DNA from: Polyangiales bacterium
GTDB taxonomy: Bacteria; Myxococcota_A; Polyangia; Polyangiales; Houyiibacteriaceae
Direction of reading: 5' to 3'
NCBI GenBank assembly: GCA_041581895.1
Contig: JBFICQ010000001.1
Location: 1 to 44,983, forward strand
Length of the DNA stretch: 44,983 bases
Made by a program: the position numbers and the translations under genes. The notes under the pieces are model-generated. The model ran no database searches. It was not told the origin of the DNA and was given only the letters and a program-made list of their open reading frames with translations. Positions 17,466 to 26,947 of this stretch are shown here, one piece after another. The first letter of the stretch is position 1. Each line of letters begins with the position of its first letter.

Positions 17466-18497
17466 GTGCTCGAGGGACCTGAAGGCGCCAAAGCCGTCGA
17501 GGCTGGAAGACGGGTTACGTTTGGTCCGCGTCGGTCGCGGTCCAAGCTCTTGAGCTCGTTTCGCACTCCCTTGTGGCATCGCGTTGCCGAGAAAACGATC
17601 GCGGTCCTCGCCCTCACGGCGATCGCGGCGATCGCCCTGATCTTCGTCTTCATTGCGCGCGAAGCGGTCCCCATGTTCTGGGAATCGGATTTCGCAGAGG
17701 AAGTCGAGCTTCCGGATCTGTTCTTTGCGAAGCAGTGGCAAGGCTACGACGAACCGGTGTACGTCTGGCAGCCCGTTGGCGAGCCGGCCAAGTACAACGT
17801 GATCCCCCTTTTCGTCGGATCGCTCAAAGTGACTCTGCTCGCTATGCTGCTGAGCGTTCCGCTCGGCATCGGCTGTGCGATCTTCACCGCCATGTACGCG
17901 CCTAGGAGATTCCGCGAGATCGTGAAGCCGATCATCGAGCTTCTTGCGGGCATTCCTTCGGTCGTGCTCGGGTTTTTCGCGCTCATGGTCATTGCGTCGT
18001 GGGCCCAAGCGACGTTTGGCTTTCATTTTCGATTGAACGCGGTGGTGGCCGCGATCGGGCTTGCGCTCACCATCGTGCCAGTGATCTTCACGATCTCAGA
18101 AGACGCGCTGCAAGCGGTCCCACGCACGCTCACCGAGGCGGCGCTGGCCTTGGGCGCACGCAAATACCAAGTGGCTCTTCGGGTCGTCCTTCCCGCGGCA
18201 ATCCCTGGAATCGCCGCGGGTGTCGTCCTCGGTTTTGGTCGCGCGATCGGTGAGACGATGATCGTGCTGATGGCTTCCGGAAACGCCGCTATCATGGAGA
18301 TTTTCGACTTCACGACGAGCGTCCGCACGATCACCGCCACCATCGCAGCCGAGCTCGGTGAAGTGGCCCAGGGGGATCCCCATTGGCGCATTTTGTTCTT
18401 GCTTGGAGTGATGCTGTTCGTGGTGACATTCGTGCTGAACCTCGTCGGTGACGTGATCATTCAGCGCCTTCACCAGAGGCTGACGGCATCATCATGA
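17466..18497 (+). CDS. pstC: phosphate ABC transporter permease PstC
   Basis: Six hydrophobic helices and the EAA-like loop ISEDALQAVPRTLTEAALALGA. GTG at 17466 is the first in-frame start after the pstS stop. The track ORF starts at 17385, inside pstS. Confidence 0.9.
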   Translation: MLEGPEGAKAVEAGRRVTFGPRRSRSKLLSSFRTPLWHRVAEKTIAVLALTAIAAIALIFVFIAREAVPMFWESDFAEEVELPDLFFAKQWQGYDEPVYVWQPVGEPAKYNVIPLFVGSLKVTLLAMLLSVPLGIGCAIFTAMYAPRRFREIVKPIIELLAGIPSVVLGFFALMVIASWAQATFGFHFRLNAVVAAIGLALTIVPVIFTISEDALQAVPRTLTEAALALGARKYQVALRVVLPAAIPGIAAGVVLGFGRAIGETMIVLMASGNAAIMEIFDFTTSVRTITATIAAELGEVAQGDPHWRILFLLGVMLFVVTFVLNLVGDVIIQRLHQRLTASS

Positions 18498-19393
18498 AGT
18501 ACACGAAGAAAGACTGGCTGCTCGGAGGGCTAACGGGGCTTGCGCTGGTGGTGATCCTGCTGCTGCTGGGTGTGCTCTTGGGTCAGATCATCTGGCATGG
18601 CGCTCCGGTGGTCAGCGTGGAGTTCCTAACCGAACGCCCAGGCGCGGACATGATCAGCGGTGGAATTTGGCCCGCGATCTACGGGACGGTGTTCATGACC
18701 CTGCTCATGACTCTCGCTGGGGTGCCCATCGGTATCGCGACCGCCGTTTTCCTGAGCGAATACGCATCGCCGCGTTCGAGGCTTGCCAAACTGGTGCGTA
18801 TCGCCGTCAACAACCTCGCAGGCGTCCCCTCGATCGTTTTCGGCCTCTTTGGCCTCGGTTTTTTCATCATCTTCGTCGGCGGAGGGATCGACTCGCTCCT
18901 TTACGATGACACGACTCCGGTCTGGGGTAGGCCCTCGATCCTCTGGGCGTCTTTGACGCTCGCGGTCCTGACTTTGCCGGTCGTGATCGTCACCACCGAG
19001 GAGGCCCTTCGTACCGTGCCCCGCGAGATCCGCGACGCCTCCTTGGCGCTCGGCGCAACGCGCTTTCAAACAGTCTACAAAATCGTGCTTCCGAACGCGA
19101 AAGGCGGAATCCTCACCGGAGTGATCTTGGCGGTGAGTCGCGGGGCCGGCGAGGTCGCGCCGATCATCTTTTGTGGGGCAGCGAACTTCCTGCCCTACTT
19201 GCCAACGGACCTGCGCGACATGTTCATGCACCTCGGCTACCACGTCTATGCACTGGCTACGCAGTCACCGAATGTCGACGCAGCACGTCCGACGCTCTTT
19301 GGCACCGTGCTCGTCTTGCTCGTGTTGACGTTCTCGCTCAATCTGCTGGCAGTGATCATTCGCGCTCGGTCGCGAGCCGCCCTCCGCATATGA
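18494..19393 (+). CDS. pstA: phosphate ABC transporter permease PstA
   Basis: [27 protein letters not shown] permease loop. ATGA overlap with pstC. Confidence 0.95.
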   Translation: MKYTKKDWLLGGLTGLALVVILLLLGVLLGQIIWHGAPVVSVEFLTERPGADMISGGIWPAIYGTVFMTLLMTLAGVPIGIATAVFLSEYASPRSRLAKLVRIAVNNLAGVPSIVFGLFGLGFFIIFVGGGIDSLLYDDTTPVWGRPSILWASLTLAVLTLPVVIVTTEEALRTVPREIRDASLALGATRFQTVYKIVLPNAKGGILTGVILAVSRGAGEVAPIIFCGAANFLPYLPTDLRDMFMHLGYHVYALATQSPNVDAARPTLFGTVLVLLVLTFSLNLLAVIIRARSRAALRI

Positions 19394-20181
19394 GTGACCC
19401 CAAAAAAGCCAATGTCGATCACGCCTCAGGTGTCAAGATGGAGACACGTGAGGTCAATGTCTTTTACGCGGACAACCATGCGATCAAGAACGTCGACCTC
19501 GACATCCTCGACCGTAGCGTGACTGCGTTGATCGGCCCCTCGGGTTGCGGCAAGAGCACGTACTTGAGGGCACTCAACCGAATGAATGACACGATCTACA
19601 GCGCCCGAGTCGAAGGGCGGATCCTCCTCGACGGCGAAGACATCTACGGCAGCGGGGTGGACCCGGTCGAGGTTAGGCGTAGGGTTGGCATGGTCTTCCA
19701 GAAGTCGAACCCTTTTCCGAAATCGGTCTTCGACAACGTCGCGTTCGGACTGCAGATCGGCGGCGAGAAAGACAAGGACCTGATCGCCGAGCGCGTGGAA
19801 GAGTCCCTCAAGGGAGCCGCGTTATGGGACGAGGTCAAGGACCGCCTGCAAGCATCGGCATTGGGGCTCTCCGGCGGCCAGCAGCAGCGATTGTGCATCG
19901 CCCGGTGCCTGGCGGTGTGGCCCGAGGTGATCTTGATGGACGAGCCCGCCTCTGCGCTCGACCCGATCGCGACCGCGAAAATCGAAGAGCTCATCCGCGA
20001 GCTTCGCGAGCAGTACACGATCGTCATCGTGACCCATTCCATGCAGCAGGCAGCGCGCGTCAGCGACTATACGGCGTTTTTCTACATGGGAGAGCTCATC
20101 GAATACGGTGCGACCGACCGGATGTTCACCCGGCCTGCAAGAAAGCGCACCGAAGAGTATATTTCCGGTAGGTTTGGATGA
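19390..20181 (+). CDS. pstB: phosphate ABC transporter ATP-binding protein
   Basis: Walker [10 protein letters not shown], signature LSGGQQQRL, Walker [12 protein letters not shown] and the H-loop VTHSMQQA. The ATG at 19390 overlaps the pstA stop. The track ORF starts further upstream in the same frame. Confidence 0.95.
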   Translation: MSDPKKANVDHASGVKMETREVNVFYADNHAIKNVDLDILDRSVTALIGPSGCGKSTYLRALNRMNDTIYSARVEGRILLDGEDIYGSGVDPVEVRRRVGMVFQKSNPFPKSVFDNVAFGLQIGGEKDKDLIAERVEESLKGAALWDEVKDRLQASALGLSGGQQQRLCIARCLAVWPEVILMDEPASALDPIATAKIEELIRELREQYTIVIVTHSMQQAARVSDYTAFFYMGELIEYGATDRMFTRPARKRTEEYISGRFG

Positions 20182-20873
20182 TGTCTCGCCCTAGTCGACC
20201 GATGCGAACGCACACCCATCAGGAGTTCGAGGCGGAGCTCCGGAATCTAAAGGATCGGCTCTTGGCGATGGGCGGCCGATGCGAGCAGATGATCGGCACT
20301 GCGGTTCGTGCGTTCGAGGATCGCGACGAGGCCCTTGCCAACGAAGTCATGGAGGCTGACCGCGAAATGAATGAGGACGAGCGCGCCGTCGACGACCTCG
20401 CGGTTCGCATCCTCGCCTTACGCCAGCCGGTGGGTCGAGATCTTCGGTTCGCCGTAGCTGCGGTGAAGGCATCGACCGACTTGGAGCGAATTGGCGACGA
20501 GGCCGTCAACATCGCAGAACGCGCCATCGAGATGACGCCCGCGGATCGACTGAGCCCCCCTGGCGCGAAGCTGCCCGAGATGGCGAAGCGAGCAGGCGCA
20601 ATGCTACAGGAAGCCTTGAACGCTCTGGTCGAAGAAGACCCCGAGAAGGCTCGTGGCGTTTTTGACCAAGACGATGCGGTTGACGACATCTACAGCGAGG
20701 TTTTGACCATGTGCCTCGATTACATGAAAGACGATCCGGCACGCATCGCCGATGGTATGCGCATCTGCAATTGCGCCAAGTATCTCGAGCGCATTGCCGA
20801 TCACGCGACGAATATCGCCGAGATGGTCGTCTTCCTCGTCGAAGGCGTCGACGTCCGACACGGTCACGCTTGA
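20178..20873 (+). CDS. phoU: phosphate signalling complex protein PhoU
   Basis: Two PhoU repeats with the E/DxxxD motifs [13 protein letters not shown] and [13 protein letters not shown]. Overlaps the pstB stop. Confidence 0.95.
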   Translation: MMSRPSRPMRTHTHQEFEAELRNLKDRLLAMGGRCEQMIGTAVRAFEDRDEALANEVMEADREMNEDERAVDDLAVRILALRQPVGRDLRFAVAAVKASTDLERIGDEAVNIAERAIEMTPADRLSPPGAKLPEMAKRAGAMLQEALNALVEEDPEKARGVFDQDDAVDDIYSEVLTMCLDYMKDDPARIADGMRICNCAKYLERIADHATNIAEMVVFLVEGVDVRHGHA

Positions 20874-20889
20874 GGCCGCGGTTCGCAGT

Positions 20890-21210
20890 CTAAGGGTACC
20901 CGACAGGCGGGAACACCTCGTTCGGCGGCGGGCAGCGATAGAGCGTCGCGGTCACGATCATCGTCATCCCATCTTCGAGGTCGGGCTGTGGAGGCTCCAG
21001 CATGATGTGTGTCGCACCGCGCTCGGCCGCTTGATCGAAAGCGTCGGCTCGCGCGGCCCTGTCGTTGCCGCCGGCACCCTCGACGACGCCGATCTTCTCA
21101 CAGCGAGGCTCTTTCTGGACGACCTTGATGCTCGAGGTGCTTTCCGTGCTCTTAGGGCTGCAAGCCGTTGAGAGCCAGCAGCAGCCGATGAGAAGGCCCA
21201 CAATCCGCAA
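20890..21210 (-). CDS. small lipoprotein (DUF4156-like)
   Basis: TTG at 21210 gives MRIVGLLIGCCWLSTAC, a lipobox signal. The body, CEKIGVVEGAGGNDRAARADAFDQAAERGATHIML, resembles the DUF4156 lipoprotein pattern. It starts 1 nt after the porin stop. Confidence 0.55.
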   Translation of the reverse strand: MRIVGLLIGCCWLSTACSPKSTESTSSIKVVQKEPRCEKIGVVEGAGGNDRAARADAFDQAAERGATHIMLEPPQPDLEDGMTMIVTATLYRCPPPNEVFPPVGYP

Positions 21211-21211
21211 G

Positions 21212-22663
21212 CTAGAGCGATGCTTGAAGCTGTAGCCGGAATACGGTTTCACCTTGGCCGAACCGCTCTTGCTCGTTCCAGATCTGCGACACATCGGCTT
21301 GGATCTTGAAAGGGTGCCGGGCGAAATAATAGCTCAACGAAAACGTGCCCCCATAGCTGTCGTCTAGGCTGGTCGGCGCTCTCTTCGAGCTCCCCAAGAT
21401 GAACGAGCCTCGTGCTGCGAACTCGAACCGCGTGCGAGGAAGGAGGTAGCCAGCTTGAAGCATCCAACCAAGGCCGTTTCGGGCCGCGGTCGGCTCGATT
21501 GGATTTCCCTCTTCGTCCTCGGTGATGTCGCCAAACTGGCGCTTTCCGGTTCGATAGGCGAATTCGCTGATCGCCGAGAAGCCGCGAACCTTGAAGATCG
21601 CGTCGACGAACAAGAAGTGATAATCGGCGGTGCCGCCGTCGGCGAAGGGCGCGCCGATCATTCCTCGCGCACGATCGGCGTTCTGGAAAAACGAGTACGT
21701 GGTGCCGATGGAAAGCCGGGGCTTGGTTCGAGCGAAATCCACCTCGCTGTAGTCACGGAAAATGCCGAGCGGTAGGTACTCGAAGCGAACCAAGTACACC
21801 ATCGCGAAGTCTTTGAACTGCGGGTTGTTGAGGCCGGTCCCCGACGTGATGCCCAGGACGTAGCGCATCTTGTCCTTGCCGAGAAAATCCCGGGACCGAA
21901 CATCGATGCCGATGTCGCGATCGAGAGTGAACTCCGCGTTGACTCGAGACCGGTCGACCATCTGCAGGTTCCCAGAGGAAATGACCCGCTGCCGATTTGA
22001 CGAGATCTTGTACTGTCCGATTCGAACCTGGACGTCTCTTTTCTTGGTGAAATCGAGATAGTAGTCGAGCACCACGTTGTCTGCGCGAAGGGGGTCGACC
22101 TCGAGCTTGTATTGATTGTGCTTCCCAAAGGCGTGCCCCTGAAAGATGAAGCGAGCGCGGCGGATTCGGAAATTGTTGGTGACCTCGTCTGGCTCGTCTG
22201 CAGCTCTGGGCCCGACCTCGCCACTCAAAATAGTCCAAAGAAGCTGGATCCGAACGCGGATACGAAGCTGAAACTCGTCGTCGGCGCTGTTGATCTCGAC
22301 GCCCTTGCCGGGCCTGAACTTGATGTCACCGCGATCGACCGGGTGGTCCGCCATCATCTCGTCGTCGCCGTCAGGGCGAAGCTGTTCGCCTGGGACTCTC
22401 GACTCGACCTTTGCCTCTTGATCCGTCTCTTGCGACGGGTCGGATCCAGGCGCGGTAGGCCCGGGCGGTGGGACCTCGATGACTTCGGTTCCTCCTGACG
22501 GCTCGCCCTCGGGGGCCTCTTCAACCGCCTTCTCCTGCTCTTCGGGGATATCCGGGGGCTTGTCGGTGGGAGCGGGCGCTTGTTCCTGAGCGAAGACCGG
22601 AGACGCCAATATCAGCGAGAGGACCGCGCACAGAGCGTGGCGATTGAGACGGGCCTGTTTCAT
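21212..22663 (-). CDS. phosphate-selective porin O/P-like outer membrane protein
   Basis: Signal peptide MKQARLNRHALCAVLSLILASPVFAQE, then an acidic Pro-rich linker and a long beta-barrel pattern ending in L. It sits between phoR and the pst operon and has a Pho box directly upstream. The family call is by context and general pattern. Confidence 0.7.
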   Translation of the reverse strand: MKQARLNRHALCAVLSLILASPVFAQEQAPAPTDKPPDIPEEQEKAVEEAPEGEPSGGTEVIEVPPPGPTAPGSDPSQETDQEAKVESRVPGEQLRPDGDDEMMADHPVDRGDIKFRPGKGVEINSADDEFQLRIRVRIQLLWTILSGEVGPRAADEPDEVTNNFRIRRARFIFQGHAFGKHNQYKLEVDPLRADNVVLDYYLDFTKKRDVQVRIGQYKISSNRQRVISSGNLQMVDRSRVNAEFTLDRDIGIDVRSRDFLGKDKMRYVLGITSGTGLNNPQFKDFAMVYLVRFEYLPLGIFRDYSEVDFARTKPRLSIGTTYSFFQNADRARGMIGAPFADGGTADYHFLFVDAIFKVRGFSAISEFAYRTGKRQFGDITEDEEGNPIEPTAARNGLGWMLQAGYLLPRTRFEFAARGSFILGSSKRAPTSLDDSYGGTFSLSYYFARHPFKIQADVSQIWNEQERFGQGETVFRLQLQASL

Positions 22664-22686
22664 TGCCCGCGTGGTACGCGTCAAAT

Positions 22687-22704
22687 GTGTCAGCTCTGTG
22701 ACAC
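22687..22704 (-). promoter_or_regulatory. Pho box upstream of the porin gene
   Basis: The minus strand reads GTGTCAC-AGAG-CTGACAC (7-4-7). It is followed by ATTTGACGCG, TACCAC, GCGGGCA and then the ATG at 22663. Confidence 0.55.
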
Positions 22705-22723
22705 CAGGGTGTCGCTCTTGGGG

Positions 22724-24097
22724 CTATCCGGACCGGCGCAAGCGAAGGGAAAATCGGGTCCAGCCTTCTCGGCTGTCAACCGTGATCGCGCCCCCCAGCT
22801 TCGCGACCAAATGTTTCACGATCGAGAGCCCAAGCCCCGTCCCCCCAAGCTCGCGAGAGCGGCCGGCATCCACCCGGTAGAACCGCTCGAAGATCCGGTG
22901 AAGATGCTTCGCGGGGATCCCGAAACCCGTATTGGCGACTTCGATGAGGGCACCATCTGCTTCGTCGGCGATCGAGATGCGGATCTCCCCACCTCGTGGG
23001 GTGTACTTGATCGCGTTGTCGACGAGATTGACGAGAACCTGCTCGAGAGCCCGCTTCTCGGCAAGGACGTGGGGAGCTTCTTCGAGGCCGGAGCAAACCA
23101 TCCGCAGATCCTTGGCTCGAGCTTGGGCTTCGAGTCCGCGAACCACTTCATCGAGAAGCGCTCCGGGTGCTACCGGGCCGAGCTCGAGTTTCAGTTCCTC
23201 CCCCTCGAGCCGGCTCAAGTCGGCCAAGTCGTCGACGAGAGCCTGTAGGCGTTCGGTGTGTCGCAAGATGATATCGAGGAATTCGCGGGCAGCCTTAGGG
23301 TCTTCGAGCGCGCTCTGCCGAAGCGTTTCGGCAAACCCTCGGATCGCGGTCAGGGGTGTTCGTAGTTCGTGACCGGCATTTGCCACAAAGTCACGGCGTA
23401 CACGGTCCGCCTCTCGCTCTGCCGTCACGTCGCTGAGCACACAGACCACCCCGCGCCGGTTCTTCAAAGGCGCAACGGAAACGCGAAGAGAGCGTCTCGC
23501 CTCGCCGCCGATGCCTTCGAGATCGATTTCGAGCACTGTCGAGACCCCGCGTTGCGCAGCCTCGATCGCTAGGTGGAAGTCGGGGTGCCTGATCGCCTCT
23601 ACGGCGGTTTTCCCCTCGACGCGTCGGCCCACCCAGCTCTCCAAGACCTCGTTGCTCAGGGTGATCTGCCCCGCCGAATCCGTCACGAGAACCGCCTCGG
23701 ACATCGCGTCCAAGATCGTACCGAGGCGGTCTTTTCTCGAGTGTTTCTTCTTCTCGCTCAGCGAAAGCCGCTCCGCCAAACCATCAAGCGAACGGCCGAG
23801 ATGGCCAAACGGCCCCGGGCGCCGCATGCGAGCGCGGACACTAAAATCACCTTTGAGCATCGCGTCCACAACGGCTTGTAATCGCTGAACGTCGCGCATA
23901 TCACGGCGCGATACGAGCCAACCTGCCACTGCTCCGATCACGACGCCTATGGCGATGATCGCCCAGGAGCGGGCGCCCGGGGCCGTCGCCTGCCAATAGG
24001 CATATAGCCCCGCCACGATGAGCGCGACCACGCCGCCGAACACAGTGTAACGTCGAATCACGCCTGGAGGATACGCGCGACGGCGCCGCGCTACCAA
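22724..24097 (-). CDS. phoR: phosphate regulon sensor histidine kinase
   Basis: Two N-terminal TM helices with a minimal loop, HAMP- and PAS-like regions, the H-box HELRTPLTAIRGFAETL and the G2 box GTGLGLSIVKHLV. It lies immediately downstream of phoB. Confidence 0.9.
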   Translation of the reverse strand: MVARRRRAYPPGVIRRYTVFGGVVALIVAGLYAYWQATAPGARSWAIIAIGVVIGAVAGWLVSRRDMRDVQRLQAVVDAMLKGDFSVRARMRRPGPFGHLGRSLDGLAERLSLSEKKKHSRKDRLGTILDAMSEAVLVTDSAGQITLSNEVLESWVGRRVEGKTAVEAIRHPDFHLAIEAAQRGVSTVLEIDLEGIGGEARRSLRVSVAPLKNRRGVVCVLSDVTAEREADRVRRDFVANAGHELRTPLTAIRGFAETLRQSALEDPKAAREFLDIILRHTERLQALVDDLADLSRLEGEELKLELGPVAPGALLDEVVRGLEAQARAKDLRMVCSGLEEAPHVLAEKRALEQVLVNLVDNAIKYTPRGGEIRISIADEADGALIEVANTGFGIPAKHLHRIFERFYRVDAGRSRELGGTGLGLSIVKHLVAKLGGAITVDSREGWTRFSLRLRRSG

Positions 24098-24787
24098 CTA
24101 GGACTTGAGCGCGCGGTAGCCGACACCGCGGACCGTCTCGATCTGCTTGGCGCCGGCCCCGAGCTTTTCCCGCAGTCTTTTCACGTGCGTGTCGACCGTT
24201 CGCGTCTCCACGTTCGGCGCGTACCCCCAAACGCGCTCAAGCAACGCGTCTCTCGACTGGACTCTCCCAGCGCGGGTGGCGAGGTCGAGGAGGAGGCGAA
24301 ACTCAAGCGCTGTGAGCAGGACCTCTTCGCCGAGGACCTCCACTCGATGCGCCGGGACGTCGATTAGCACGGCCCCTAGTGTGATCACTTGTGGGCCCTC
24401 TACGTCGGCATTTGGAATGGTCCGTCGTAGGATCGCCTCCACTCTCAGAACCAGCTCCCTCGGGCTGAAGGGCTTCGTTACGTAGTCGTCTGCGCCCACC
24501 TCGAACCCGACGACGCGATCGACCTCGTCGGTTTTCGCGGTGAGCATGATCACCGGCAGACGAACCGTCTCACGCTGTCGGCGCAGTCGTCGGCAGACCT
24601 CGATGCCCGAAATATCGGGCAGCATGACATCGAGCACTACGAGGTCCGGTCGGCCACGCTGGATCTCGGCAAGCGCGGTGTTGCCATCGAGCGCGACGGT
24701 CACCTCGTGCCCTTCGCCTCGAAGGTTGAAGGCAACGAGATCAGCCAGGTCGGCTTCGTCCTCGACGACTAGGATTCGCGAGCCCAT
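24098..24787 (-). CDS. phoB: OmpR-family phosphate regulon response regulator
   Basis: MGSRILVVEDEADLADLV..DLVVLDVMLPDISG..MLTAK receiver domain. Winged-helix C-terminus LTALEFRLLLDL..TVDTHVKRLREKL..IETVRGVGYR. The track ORF begins 33 codons further upstream. Confidence 0.9.
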   Translation of the reverse strand: MGSRILVVEDEADLADLVAFNLRGEGHEVTVALDGNTALAEIQRGRPDLVVLDVMLPDISGIEVCRRLRRQRETVRLPVIMLTAKTDEVDRVVGFEVGADDYVTKPFSPRELVLRVEAILRRTIPNADVEGPQVITLGAVLIDVPAHRVEVLGEEVLLTALEFRLLLDLATRAGRVQSRDALLERVWGYAPNVETRTVDTHVKRLREKLGAGAKQIETVRGVGYRALKS

Positions 24788-24817
24788 GTTGTTGTCCGAC
24801 GAATCTGGTCGGCTTCT

Positions 24818-24835
24818 GTGACGCCCTTGTGACAG
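24818..24835 (-). promoter_or_regulatory. Pho box upstream of phoB
   Basis: The minus strand reads CTGTCAC-AAGG-GCGTCAC, 30 nt upstream of the phoB ATG. It overlaps the palindrome GACAGACGCTGTC in the region shared with the divergent DUF47-PiT operon. Confidence 0.6.
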
Positions 24836-24972
24836 ACGCTGTCCAACCGGCCAAACCGAGTCTACACGGCGTAAGAGCAACCTCAACGTGGATTATCAAT
24901 GAAATTCAAAGGATTGGGGCCTTCTTACTTAGTGTTTGAGCCTGTCCCAGGGGAGTGAAAGGCTGGGTTGCC

Positions 24973-25647
24973 ATGAGAATACCCCTTGCCAACCTGCTCG
25001 CGCGCAATCCCCTTCCCAAAGTCGGCGAGCTCATGACCGAGGTCATCAAGACGAGCGAACTAATTCCAGAGCTCATAGCCCTCCTCGAAGCGGGCGACCA
25101 GAAGGGAGTCGAGCGGGTCGCCAAAGAGATAAGCACCCTCGAGGGAAAGGCCGATGACGCAAAGAACGCGGCACGATCGAAGATGCCCGTCCGTCTCCTC
25201 ATGCCCGTCGATCGGCGCGACGTATTGAAGCTCATCAGCGAGATCGACGCGATAGCAGACTGTGCGGAGGACGTGGGCGTGCTGCTCACCATCCGTCCTC
25301 TGACCGTGCCCAGCGAAATGAAGACCGTGCTCGACCTCTTCGTCGAACGGGTCCTCGGAACCGTGAAAGAGGCCGCAAAGCTCATCGACTTGATCGACGA
25401 TTTGGTCGAATCAGGGTTTTCGGGGCCTCCTGCAGAGCGGGTGCTCCAGCAGGCCGCGATTCTCGGACGGGCGGAGCACGAAGCGGACAAGATTCAAGAC
25501 CAGTGCGCCAAGGTCCTCTTCAAAGAAGAAGCGGAGCTGCCGCCGGTCGCCGTATTCATGTGGAGCAAGGTGCTGAACAAGATCGGCGACATGGCGAATC
25601 ATGCCGAGAACGTGGGGGATCAGTTCCGGCTTTTCGTTGCCGGATAG
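24973..25647 (+). CDS. DUF47 / TIGR00153 PhoU-like phosphate transport accessory protein
   Basis: MRIPLANLLARNPLPKVGELMTEV.. followed by ...EGKADD..., DRRDVLKLISEIDAIADCAED and KVLNKIGDMANHAENVGD. This is the usual partner immediately upstream of PiT. Confidence 0.85.
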   Translation: MRIPLANLLARNPLPKVGELMTEVIKTSELIPELIALLEAGDQKGVERVAKEISTLEGKADDAKNAARSKMPVRLLMPVDRRDVLKLISEIDAIADCAEDVGVLLTIRPLTVPSEMKTVLDLFVERVLGTVKEAAKLIDLIDDLVESGFSGPPAERVLQQAAILGRAEHEADKIQDQCAKVLFKEEAELPPVAVFMWSKVLNKIGDMANHAENVGDQFRLFVAG

Positions 25648-25660
25648 GGCCGCTTTTCGC

Positions 25661-26911
25661 ATGGAACCCATGACGATCGTTGTTGCCCTCGCGGCAATCG
25701 CCGGCCTCTACATGGCTTGGAATATCGGCGCGAACGATGTGGCCAACGCCATGGGGACGTCGGTGGGTTCCGGTGCGCTCACCCTGAGGGGGGCCATCAT
25801 CGTGGCCGCGGTGTTCGAGTTCAGCGGTGCCATGCTGGTGGGCGGGACGGTCACGAAAACCATTCGCAAGGGCATCGTCGACGTCGCTGCGTTTGGGGGC
25901 GACCCGATGGTGATCGCGGTCGGCATGACCTGCTGTCTTCTCGCGGCCGCTCTTTGGCTGAACATCGCCACCTATTCGGGATGGCCGGTTTCGACGACGC
26001 ATAGCATCGTCGGCGCAGTCGTGGGCTTTGGGCTGATCGCAGGTGGGTTGGACGCCGTGAACTGGACCGTGATGGCGAAGATCGTAGCAAGCTGGGTGGT
26101 TTCCCCGTTGATGGGGGGCTTTCTTGGTTATCTCGGCTTCGTCTTCATCAAGCGCCGAATTCTGAACGTCGACCGACCGCTGCTCGCGCTTCGTGGTTGG
26201 GGCCCGATCATGGTCTTCCCGATCTTTGCGATCTTGGCGTTGAGCGTGCTTTTCAAGGGACTCAAACCGCTGAAGCTCGATCTGAGTCTCGGCCCCGCGC
26301 TGGGCATCGCGGTCGTTGTAGGATTGACGGCGAGCATCATTGCCGCTCCTGTCCTCCGTCGATTCGCCCGGGCGGCTGCCACGAAAAGCAAGGATGAGCG
26401 TACCTATCGCGCCGAGCGGGTATTTCTCGTTCTGCAAGTGCTCACCGCCTGCTTCGTCGCATTTGCACACGGCAGCAACGATGTCGCCAACGCAGTGGGC
26501 CCGATGGCAGCAGTATTCGGTGCGGCCTCGGGGGAAGTCGGCGCAAAGGTCGCTGTCCCCCATCGAGTTCTTCTGATCGGTGCGGTCGGCATCGTGATCG
26601 GGCTAGCGACCTATGGCTACAAGATCATGGCTACCGTGGGACGTCGGATTACTGAGCTCACTCCTTCTCGTGGCTTTGCAGCCGAGTTTGGGGCAGCAAC
26701 GACGATTGTGCTGGCCAGCAAGCTGGGGCTGCCGGTGAGCACCACCCATACGCTCGTTGGAGCCGTGATCGGAGTCGGTTTCGCGCGGGGTATTGGCGCC
26801 ATCAATACGAAAGTCGTTACGGGCATCATCGCGAGCTGGTTCATCACGGTCCCCTTTACGGCGATTCTCGCCGCCGGCCTGTTCCTCGTCGCTCGCTTCA
26901 CCATTCAATGA
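25661..26911 (+). CDS. pit: inorganic phosphate transporter, PiT family
   Basis: The GANDVANAMGTSVGSG and GSNDVANAVGP repeats are the duplicated PiT signature. About 10 TM helices. Confidence 0.9.
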   Translation: MEPMTIVVALAAIAGLYMAWNIGANDVANAMGTSVGSGALTLRGAIIVAAVFEFSGAMLVGGTVTKTIRKGIVDVAAFGGDPMVIAVGMTCCLLAAALWLNIATYSGWPVSTTHSIVGAVVGFGLIAGGLDAVNWTVMAKIVASWVVSPLMGGFLGYLGFVFIKRRILNVDRPLLALRGWGPIMVFPIFAILALSVLFKGLKPLKLDLSLGPALGIAVVVGLTASIIAAPVLRRFARAAATKSKDERTYRAERVFLVLQVLTACFVAFAHGSNDVANAVGPMAAVFGAASGEVGAKVAVPHRVLLIGAVGIVIGLATYGYKIMATVGRRITELTPSRGFAAEFGAATTIVLASKLGLPVSTTHTLVGAVIGVGFARGIGAINTKVVTGIIASWFITVPFTAILAAGLFLVARFTIQ

Positions 26912-26947
26912 GTGGCCGTGGAAGCATGCACGCGCTAAGCACGGCCC

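Noticed and set aside
24838-24855. CTGTCCA-ACCG-GCCAAAC as a Pho box oriented toward the DUF47-PiT operon
   Set aside because: Only the first half-site resembles the consensus. It is not good enough to call as a feature, so it appears only as an open question in the Pho island finding.
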